Shown here: one piece after another, positions 27,278 to 34,596 of the stretch
Position numbering within the stretch: position 1 is the stretch's first letter
How the letters are laid out: every line of letters starts with the position of its first letter
NCBI GenBank assembly: GCA_964607575.1
Contig: CAZSLS010000001.1
Span: 45,316 to 109,315 of the forward strand
Direction: 5' to 3'
Length of the DNA stretch: 64,000 nucleotides
Source: an uncultured Planctomycetaceae bacterium
Lineage (GTDB): Bacteria > Planctomycetota > Phycisphaerae > SM23-33
Translations under genes and position numbers: made by a program
Notes under the pieces: generated by a model
The model's input: only the letters and a program-made list of their open reading frames with translations
Databases searched by the model: none
Told to the model about the DNA's origin: nothing

Positions 27278-28429
27278 TTACTCTTTCTTCTTCCGATCTT
27301 CTTCTGCCCGCCGGGCCTGCGTTTCGAGTTCCGATACCGTGTAACTCTTGGACTCACCGCCGGTGAGTTTGGCCAGGTCCTCCAGCCCCCTGGACGTACC
27401 GCCCAGCACGATGGTGTGCAGCTTGACCGCTTTGTCCTTGAAGGCGCCTTCGACGACGGGTTTGGCTCCGATGTCGCTGTCCCGGGCCAGGAGAACAACT
27501 GTCTTGGCTTTCATGTCGAGTGCGGCCTGAAGCCCTCTGCCCTGTTCCGCCGCACCGCATAATTCCGTACTCAGGAAGGCGGTGGCCTTTGCGATGCCCG
27601 CCTTGTCGGAGGCGATCGGTTGTGGGCTGAGGATTTTGTCGTCATCTTCGCCGAGGATGATGATGTTGAACTTCCCGCCCTTGAGAGACTTCGCCGAAGC
27701 GATGGCGATCTTTCCCGCCGATTCGATCACCTGTGCCATCGATCGGCTGGTGTCGATGCAGTATACCACGGGGGCCTCGACCTTTATCGTACCCGCAACC
27801 GCCGGGAAGTCGCGAGTAGTGACGACGGTGTTGTTGTAGTCCTCGGGAACAACTTCTACGACCGGCTGAGTCAGTATGTCATTTGTCAGAATAACTATCC
27901 CCACGAGCATACCCAGCAGCAGCACCGCGAGAATTATCGCGACAATACCCTGCACTTTTACCGGTGCGGCGGTCGGGATATTCGCCTGCCCGTGAGCGAT
28001 AGCCAAAGCCTTGTCCGCTTCGGCCTGCGTTTCCGGTTTGCGCGCGCCTGGCGCGTCGGCTATCGCGGGGACGTCTATTGCGGTATCCGCCTCGGAGTCG
28101 ACCAGGGCGGGGAGGTCTATTGCGGTATCCGCTTTGGAGTCGGCCGGGCCGTGAATGCCTACCGCCGTATCCGCTTTGGAGTCGGCTCGCGATGGGACGT
28201 CTACCGCGGTATCCGCTTTGGTTACATCTACCGGCGCTTTGGGCCTGGGCGTTGGCGCTTCGGGTCGGCGAGTTGGTGCTTGGGGTCGGCGTTTGCGGTC
28301 GCTTGTGGCGTTGTCGTCTGGTACGTAGACGATGGCCGTGCAATACGGGCAGCGGCAGACGCCTCCGGCGAATGCTTCGTCTATCGAAATCTTCTTCTTG
28401 CAGTCAACGCAGCGGATCTTGATAGCCAT
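27278..28429 (-). CDS. Zinc-ribbon / Pro-rich repeat / TM / vWA-domain protein
   Basis: MAIKIRCVDCKKK...CRCPYCT zinc ribbon. Low-complexity repeats. TM GIVAIILAVLLLGMLVGIVILT. C-terminal vWA-like domain (VVYCIDTSRSM). The ATG at 28429 is preferred over the TTG at 28450. Confidence 0.75.
   Translation of the reverse strand: MAIKIRCVDCKKKISIDEAFAGGVCRCPYCTAIVYVPDDNATSDRKRRPQAPTRRPEAPTPRPKAPVDVTKADTAVDVPSRADSKADTAVGIHGPADSKADTAIDLPALVDSEADTAIDVPAIADAPGARKPETQAEADKALAIAHGQANIPTAAPVKVQGIVAIILAVLLLGMLVGIVILTNDILTQPVVEVVPEDYNNTVVTTRDFPAVAGTIKVEAPVVYCIDTSRSMAQVIESAGKIAIASAKSLKGGKFNIIILGEDDDKILSPQPIASDKAGIAKATAFLSTELCGAAEQGRGLQAALDMKAKTVVLLARDSDIGAKPVVEGAFKDKAVKLHTIVLGGTSRGLEDLAKLTGGESKSYTVSELETQARRAEEDRKKKE
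28071..28222. repeat. In-frame tandem repeat of about 48 bp (about 3.5 copies) inside the vWA gene
   Basis: Repeated (c/t)ctattgcggtatccgc(c/t)t(c/t)ggagtcg... units encode xDSKADTA(V/I)D(V/L)P-type 16-aa repeats. Confidence 0.8.
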
Positions 28430-28581
28430 TGGCGCCAGTTCCTTGTGCAAGCTGGTTCACACGGGTGCCCAAGTGCCCGAAGACCTATAGTAGGCCCACC
28501 GCCCGGGCGAATCAACCTTCGTTTGACGGCGGAAGGTAAGATGTGTGCGACGATTCGACGTTATCGCCAACTGCCGTACCG

Positions 28582-29730
28582 TTACTTTATCTGCCTGAAC
28601 GCGTTGATTACTTGGGCTTCCTTCATGAGTTGGTATCCCAGCATCGTCTGGGAGATGATCATCTTATTCCGGAAGAACCTGACTGACCCTTTCCCGCCGC
28701 CGGATACCCACATCTCCTCGCCGATGGAATCCCTTATGATCTTCTCGAGGCTGTTCTTGGCCTGGTTGCGAGTTTCGGCGGCGTCTTCTTTTTCCATACC
28801 GTCAGCTTCGCCTCCGCCGGCGCCAACGTCGAAGATGCCCGTTTGGTCGCTCGCCTTGTCGCCTCCGCCTCTCGTGCTGCGTCCAAGCCGGGGGCCCTTG
28901 AAATTCGGTACGGCAAAGAGCAGGTCCCCCACTTCATGGATGGTGACAATGGTCTTGGCGTTCAAGGCGTGTCCGGACGTTATAGTGACCACCCCGCGGT
29001 TGATCAGCCAGTAGATGCTCTCGAACTTGTCTTTACCTTCTGAGAGCTGGTCGGTGACCATGTTCAGCGCCCGGGAGATCGAGACGCCCTTGACCACGAG
29101 CGTTATGGGCTCCTCGCGATCGATACCCACGTTCTGCAGCGCCCTCCAGTTCACGTGGAAGTTAACGCCGGTTGCCTGGCGATAGGTCTCGATCACGTTC
29201 TTGAGAGGTTCGTCTTTGAACGTGTGTTCCCTGAAAGTGGTGGTAGTGACCCTCTTGCCTGTTGGCGGGCGTATATTCCTGACGGTCGCGAGGGTCTTGC
29301 GGCCGAGCACTCTCTTTTGGGTCGCGACTACCAGGACACCATTGCTGATGTACCACGACAGCGGTTTGCCTTTCGCCGCTACGCGCACGAGGATCAGTTC
29401 CAGCAGTTTTTCCGCGGAAATCTTCTTGGACACTCGTACGGAGACTTTTGTCGTGCGTTTTACGCCCGCGCCGCCCAGTCCGCTCCAGTCGGCCATGACT
29501 GGCACATCGATCAGATTACCGAACTGCTCGAGCGCTTGGCTGAGCGTTCCGCCGATGACGGCCTTGGGGAGTTTAGTAGCCAAGGCCTTGTTGACGTCGG
29601 GGAGGGGTCTTGACTTCTTGCGAGCCGCCCTCCGGGCCGGTTTGCCTTTATCGACGGCGAAGGCCGTTACCGACGAGAGTGCAAAAAGTGCAATCATACA
29701 AAACAGTGTGAGTGGACGAGGTCTAGTCAT
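28582..29730 (-). CDS. Secreted protein with two STN/secretin-N-like modules but no secretin pore domain
   Basis: Signal peptide. Two internally similar segments (LSQALEQFGNLIDVPVMADW... and LKNVIETYRQATGVNFHVNWRAL...). Family call by resemblance only. Confidence 0.55.
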   Translation of the reverse strand: MTRPRPLTLFCMIALFALSSVTAFAVDKGKPARRAARKKSRPLPDVNKALATKLPKAVIGGTLSQALEQFGNLIDVPVMADWSGLGGAGVKRTTKVSVRVSKKISAEKLLELILVRVAAKGKPLSWYISNGVLVVATQKRVLGRKTLATVRNIRPPTGKRVTTTTFREHTFKDEPLKNVIETYRQATGVNFHVNWRALQNVGIDREEPITLVVKGVSISRALNMVTDQLSEGKDKFESIYWLINRGVVTITSGHALNAKTIVTIHEVGDLLFAVPNFKGPRLGRSTRGGGDKASDQTGIFDVGAGGGEADGMEKEDAAETRNQAKNSLEKIIRDSIGEEMWVSGGGKGSVRFFRNKMIISQTMLGYQLMKEAQVINAFRQIK

Positions 29731-29971
29731 GGCGGGGTCTCCTGCGCTTAAGGTATGTAAGGAGAACGACTAATTGCATTATACACACAACGGCTCGCTG
29801 TGGCAGAAGAAAAAAAAATCGTATCGCCCGAGTGAGTAGAAAAACGACCATTCCACACATATGGACATTGGCGGAGAACAGAGGCGGGAAATGGCAGGGA
29901 CGCCGAGGCGTCTGACGCCGAGTTAACCGCCCGGAGCTTGCGGAGGTCCGGTTCAGCGATTCGTTAGATAC

Positions 29972-30979
29972 CTATGCCTTGCCTAGAAGCTCACGCACCA
30001 ATTTAGCGGCCGAAGTAGCAAGGCTCTTTTTAATCAGCTTCTTCTCTTTCTTTTCTAATAGTTCAAATTCAGATCCGTAATCTTTTAGAAAATCATCGAG
30101 AACATCTGCGCTAAACATACCAATGACTTTTCCGAAATCTTCAGGACCTACTTCACCAATCTTACTTACGACATTATTGAATCTATTTTCAGTAACATAA
30201 TTTGTGATCTCTTCTGCGAAAGCGTCAGCGGCATCGGAAATCATGTCTTGGTCTAAAACCAGTTTGTTATGTTTCGTGTTTTCCTGCCATGCTTCATTCT
30301 TGTTCTTAATAATGACCCTGGAGCCTTGGGGAAATGAACGAGATTCCACAGGCCTTATTACTACTCCCTCACATAGATTATATTCGATTGGCGGCAGTCC
30401 CAGCCAACCGGAAATCGCGGACTCAAAGGAATTGGAATATTTTAAGGCCTCATCAAATGTTCCCCTGAAAAGAGTCTTTGCATAGAACATATCTACTTTG
30501 TCAAACAGAGCATTGGCTTGATCGACGGAAAGATATTCAGTGGAGTCCAGCAATATGTCAAAAGCGTAAAACTCATTGGATGGGCAATAGAATATGCCTT
30601 TCTGAATGGCTACGGCATTCTTGTCTCTCTCGACATCAACATGCGGATACCCTCCGCCAAACAACTCACCAAATACAGCCACCACTTTCACATCCGGCTT
30701 TATGGTTTTCGCTAGAGAGAAGATCTCGAATATCGCTCTTTCATATTTAGAAAGTAAGACCTTGTGGCTGTCGGCATAGAAAGCATCATCTTCTTCGATG
30801 AACTCCGTGCGTTTTGCACATTTAATTCTTTCGCCATTACACCAAAAGCTCAAATTTGCTCCGTGCACTTTTTCTTGCACGACAAATTCACCCGCATCAA
30901 ATCCATTTTCAACAATTTTCTGAATGAACTCGTCTTGATATGAGTTTTCTATTGACGAATAGTGTTTCAATTTTTCCAT
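29972..30979 (-). CDS. Rnl2-family ATP-dependent RNA ligase (phage T4 Rnl2-like)
   Basis: 335 aa. Covalent nucleotidyltransferase motifs in the correct order: I EKVHGAN, III VFGELFGGG, IV EGVVIRP, V VIIKNKN. The N-terminus YSSIENSY and C-terminal NRFNNVVSKIGEVGPEDFGKVIG match my recollection of T4 Rnl2. The gene is about 36% G+C. Confidence 0.8.
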   Translation of the reverse strand: MEKLKHYSSIENSYQDEFIQKIVENGFDAGEFVVQEKVHGANLSFWCNGERIKCAKRTEFIEEDDAFYADSHKVLLSKYERAIFEIFSLAKTIKPDVKVVAVFGELFGGGYPHVDVERDKNAVAIQKGIFYCPSNEFYAFDILLDSTEYLSVDQANALFDKVDMFYAKTLFRGTFDEALKYSNSFESAISGWLGLPPIEYNLCEGVVIRPVESRSFPQGSRVIIKNKNEAWQENTKHNKLVLDQDMISDAADAFAEEITNYVTENRFNNVVSKIGEVGPEDFGKVIGMFSADVLDDFLKDYGSEFELLEKKEKKLIKKSLATSAAKLVRELLGKA

Positions 30980-31314
30980 CTGATAAACTCCAAGTAATAA
31001 GAAACAAAAACAACTCCACCTTCATTGGCATCTAACGTCTTGGCGATCAGCCGTCCTCCGGAGCGCCTTGTGTACGCCCGGTGTGGGTGCGGACTATTGG
31101 GGGTAAAATCCCCGCCTGCGGGAACCGGTCTATGCACGTAGCATAGACAAAGTACCGGACGAAGGCAACCGCATCTTCGCGAGGAGTCGGGGGATCGAAG
31201 CCGGAGATCAAAACTGTGATCTTGCGTAAAGAAAGAGCATACAAGGCCGAAACCAGGGACAGTCACTTAGGTGAGGTATGAGGTCGGGGTAGCTCCACAA
31301 TTTGAGAATCCCCC

Positions 31315-31343
31315 TTGACGAGATCGGGGCGTCAGAGTACAAT
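31315..31343 (+). promoter_or_regulatory. Near-consensus sigma70-type promoter giving a leader of about 310 nt for the PEP-CTERM gene
   Basis: TTGACG (31315-31320), 17-nt spacer, TACAAT (31338-31343). The next plus-strand ATG with a GGAGG SD is at 31664. Confidence 0.45.
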
Positions 31344-31663
31344 GTTTACTATGGCCCGTCTTGTATGGCATAGTGGGCTGTATTCGGCCTGAGCCGGCCG
31401 GATCTGAAGTGAGGCAGAGGCGTTGTTCGTTTTCCAGTCTGTTGCTTGGGCAGTGTGGCCCGGTCAACATCGGAGCGTAATTCTCTGTTATCCAATGGCG
31501 CGTTGGGTGAGCCTCCCCTTCCGCTGACAGGGCGATTCTGCGCGCCGGGCCAGGGTTCAGGCCCCGAGGGCTGATATGACGTAGAACACAGTAGTACACA
31601 GAACATACCCGCCACGGACAACTTGGTCCGCCAGGGTAAAAACCCATCTTCGGAGGTAGAACT

Positions 31664-32263
31664 ATGAGAAGTGTTACAACAGTAGTGATGTTTGCGGTAT
31701 TTTGCCTGGCCTGTTCAAATGCGACGGCTGCGAGTTACTCTCCAGCTCCGTCTGACGGCGACTTAGACGACCTGGACCACTACAGATACTACACATGGGG
31801 AATCAACACTCCCTGGGGCGTTGTCTCGGACGCAAGCGACCAATCCGAGCAGGCCACCAGCGCCACGTTATCGTTCGATGATATTCGGAACTGGAACAAC
31901 GAGCCCAACGTGCTGTACATCCACCTGCTTAACAATGCACCGCAGGGCGTTACGCAGGGCTATGACGCACAGGGCGGCGGAGACAATTTCGCCGGCCGGG
32001 GGATCGTGCTGACGGTCTATCAGAACCTGCCTTCGACGTCCCAGGATCTTAGCTACTCGTTCTCCGCCGATCAGCTTGACGCCCTGAACGATTACGCTTC
32101 AGACGGGCGATTTGGCCTCGGATTCGACCCCGACTGCCATTTTTACAACTGCGGGGTCAAACTGGACATCAACACCGGCCCCTCGATGATTCCCGAACCA
32201 GCAACAATGTCACTCCTGGCCCTGGGCGCCCTGGCCGTACTACGCAGACGCCGCAAGCAGTAG
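31664..32263 (+). CDS. PEP-CTERM sorting-domain secreted protein
   Basis: Signal peptide. C-terminal IPEPATMSLLALGALAVLRRRRKQ (PEP motif, TM, basic tail). GGAGG SD. Confidence 0.85.
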   Translation: MRSVTTVVMFAVFCLACSNATAASYSPAPSDGDLDDLDHYRYYTWGINTPWGVVSDASDQSEQATSATLSFDDIRNWNNEPNVLYIHLLNNAPQGVTQGYDAQGGGDNFAGRGIVLTVYQNLPSTSQDLSYSFSADQLDALNDYASDGRFGLGFDPDCHFYNCGVKLDINTGPSMIPEPATMSLLALGALAVLRRRRKQ

Positions 32264-32282
32264 CAGCAACAAATGCACTCAC

Positions 32283-32326
32283 AGCGGCGGGGCTGGAACA
32301 GATTCCGGCTCCGTCGCTTTGTTTTG
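32283..32326 (+). terminator. Rho-independent terminator of the PEP-CTERM gene
   Basis: agcggcggggctggaa, loop caga, ttccggctccgtcgct (16-bp stem with G-U-type mismatches), followed by TTGTTTTG. Confidence 0.6.
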
Positions 32327-32503
32327 CGCTGTGGGCAGGCGCTGTAAGAGTGGCAGGGGCATGGATTTGGTCCTGTCCCAGCCCCTGTGTTGCGTGATTG
32401 CCCTTTACCCCTTGTTGCGAGCATGCTTTGGCAGATCCGGCATAATTAACTACTCCCCCCGACCCGATTGGGCCTTCTCTCCTTGAGAGAGTGTTTCCCT
32501 TGT

Positions 32504-34096
32504 TTACCAGTTGTCCAAGTCCATTGCTGTTTTCTGTTTACCTTTTCCCACAACGACGGCTCGTTTGGACAATACTTCTTTTTGATTCTTCACTACCTGG
32601 TCGAGTTCCAGTAGGGCCTGCAGCAAGTATCCCACACCATCCATGGTCTCGTAGTATGGCTTGGCGGGATGTCCCCGGAAAAGACCCTTGTGATAGAGCT
32701 TCCTTATCGCCTCGTCAGCCATCTGACGGGCAAGTCCAAGGTACTTCTGGTCCTTTGTGACAATGTAGAGGTGTAGATAGAAGGAAACCGTTCTTCCATA
32801 CTTTCCCGCGTAGGTGCCTTTCCGTCCAAAGCTGTCTGAATATCCCTGATACCATGTACTCTTCGCTTCAGTGGTTCCCGGTGGTGTCTTCTTGATCCAA
32901 TCGGCAAAGCGCTTGGCCGTTGTCAGGAAAAGTGGTTCCTTGCACACATCATACGCGTAGACGTATGCCTGTGCGGTGTAGATGGCGTACTGGTAGCCCG
33001 CATTGTATGGCTCCCAAAGATCGAGGTGTCCGCGCGGTTCATATTTCGCGTATCCGCTCTTGAGTCTGGGGGCGGGAAAATGCTTTCCGTCAAGGTGAAG
33101 CGCACCCCAGAACTTGCCCGTTTCTTTGTCGAATCCGAATTTAGCGTATGCTTTGAGAATCGCTACTGCGTGGTTCTTAAAGACCGCCTGGCCCGTCAAC
33201 TTGTATGCTTTCAGAAGGGAATGACAGTACAGCCCCGTGATGCTGGTGACAAAACTGCCTCCGTCAAATCGGCCCTTGCCCGCATTGGGTCGCTCCGGGA
33301 ATAGATTTGTGTTCGGATCTCTCCTGGTCCAGTAGTAATTCGCCAGCAGCTTGGCGCGGTCGAGCCATGCCGTGGTTTTCGTCTTGGTATAGAGGAACGC
33401 AAAGGCTTCGATGAAGGCCCCGCCACTCATGCTGAAATCGCAGCCCCTTCGCCCGTCCCCATGACGGTTAATCTCTCCTGTCTTCTTGTCAATCACATGC
33501 CATTTCCATATGGCCTCGATTTCCTTGACGACGGCCTGCTGATTCACCGCCCACAGGCCTTCCCAGTCAACGCAGTTGATTGCATGAATCTCGTGGGGAC
33601 TTCCCGAGTGCCCATCCTTCTTATCCTTGTAGACATCGTAATGACGGTGCCATCCCCACCAGAAGAACCCTTTCTCATCGACAAGATTCTTCATGTAGTA
33701 ATCCATGTATTTCCGTGCAAAGTCCGCGTACTTGTCTTTCCCCGTCGCGCTTGACAGGAGGATCATTGTTCTCAGCAGCGTGTTATCCGAGAGCAGGTTG
33801 GCGCCGGCGGGATTGCGCCGCCCACGCCGAGTGACTCGCCACGGTTCATCGAGTTTCCGGGGGTTTTCGGGGCAGGTCCTCGATTCAACATCCAGGATGC
33901 TCACCAGGATCGGTGCGTGAATCTCGCCATACCTGTCCGTACCGCGGGCCATGAGAAGTTCCACGCATTCCTGAACGCGTGTCGCATATGCCCCGTCTTT
34001 TTGGGATACACCGGATTCTTCCGCCTGAATCTGCGTTCCAACAAGAAGGAGGAGCGGGGTTAACAAAGAGATCAAATGACTACCAGTCTTTCGCAT
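32504..34096 (-). CDS. Secreted hypothetical protein, possibly (alpha/alpha)-barrel polysaccharide lyase/hydrolase-like
   Basis: Signal peptide from the internal ATG (MRKTGSHLISLLTPLLLLVGTQIQA). Trp/Tyr-rich helical repeats. Family call weak. About 50-53% G+C, lower than the surroundings. Confidence 0.55.
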   Translation of the reverse strand: MRKTGSHLISLLTPLLLLVGTQIQAEESGVSQKDGAYATRVQECVELLMARGTDRYGEIHAPILVSILDVESRTCPENPRKLDEPWRVTRRGRRNPAGANLLSDNTLLRTMILLSSATGKDKYADFARKYMDYYMKNLVDEKGFFWWGWHRHYDVYKDKKDGHSGSPHEIHAINCVDWEGLWAVNQQAVVKEIEAIWKWHVIDKKTGEINRHGDGRRGCDFSMSGGAFIEAFAFLYTKTKTTAWLDRAKLLANYYWTRRDPNTNLFPERPNAGKGRFDGGSFVTSITGLYCHSLLKAYKLTGQAVFKNHAVAILKAYAKFGFDKETGKFWGALHLDGKHFPAPRLKSGYAKYEPRGHLDLWEPYNAGYQYAIYTAQAYVYAYDVCKEPLFLTTAKRFADWIKKTPPGTTEAKSTWYQGYSDSFGRKGTYAGKYGRTVSFYLHLYIVTKDQKYLGLARQMADEAIRKLYHKGLFRGHPAKPYYETMDGVGYLLQALLELDQVVKNQKEVLSKRAVVVGKGKQKTAMDLDNW

Positions 34097-34184
34097 CTTG
34101 TCTTCTCCTGCATGGCCCAACGTCTCGTGTCATAGGCGCCGCAGGCGTCCGTTGCACACGCTGGTTCTGTGCTTTCATTGTTGC

Positions 34185-34592
34185 TTATACAATCGACTCA
34201 CTGGCTTCTTCGTGTCTTTTCTTAGTTCTTTTCAACCAAATGTTGAGAGATAGAATAAGTGGCCAAACAAAATACAAATTCCACAAAACTAAGCGAAACG
34301 GCACTAAAGTAATGATAAATGCGACACACATAGCAACAAAGCATATTAGTGCTATGCCTGTTTGACGGCCTATTGAACATTCCATGAGCACACCTATCCC
34401 CGAAATTACTGGCAGATGGCCATAGACCATAAGCATCATGAGGAGGGTAAATGGGAAATTGACCGCCCACCACTCGCCTGGGTTGGGATGAAGCCAGCGA
34501 TGTAGAAGGCTCATACTAGCAAGAACAAAACAAAGGAACCATATTACCGCTGTTACCCGGAAGATCAATCGAGAGCATCTTGAAAAGACCAA
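34185..34592 (-). CDS. Small polytopic membrane protein (hypothetical), AT-rich
   Basis: 135 aa with about 4 hydrophobic segments and a basic C-terminal tail. The sampled line 34261-34320 is 33% G+C. Confidence 0.5.
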   Translation of the reverse strand: MVFSRCSRLIFRVTAVIWFLCFVLASMSLLHRWLHPNPGEWWAVNFPFTLLMMLMVYGHLPVISGIGVLMECSIGRQTGIALICFVAMCVAFIITLVPFRLVLWNLYFVWPLILSLNIWLKRTKKRHEEASESIV

Positions 34593-34596
34593 TGTC

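Noticed and set aside
28071-28222. Repeat arrays as possible CRISPR (also 40205-40243 and 63708-63765).
   Set aside because: The units are contiguous or in-frame coding repeats, or only 2-3 short copies, with no repeat-spacer periodicity of 25-40 bp spacers. No cas genes are present in the window.
31095-31210. Cobalamin-riboswitch-like pieces on the plus strand: the GGGG-GTAAAAT-CCCC hairpin (compare GGTGAAAATCC) and AAGCCGGAGATC (compare AGCCAGGAGACCTGCC).
   Set aside because: There is no AGGGAA element and no proper B12 box (GCCACTG). The downstream gene is 450 nt away behind another promoter, and there is no cobalamin-related gene context. I treat it as chance similarity unless RF00174 scores it.
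31146-31610. Fragments resembling RNase P RNA conserved regions: GACAAAGTACCGGAC versus GAGGAAAGTCCGGGC, CAAGGCCGAAACCAGGG versus CAAGGCCAAATAGGGG, and ACAGAACATACCC versus ACAGAACCCGGC.
   Set aside because: The matches are imperfect and their spacing (about 95 nt and about 357 nt) is incompatible with type A or B RNase P architecture. No P4 pairing could be built by eye. Only cmscan could revive this.
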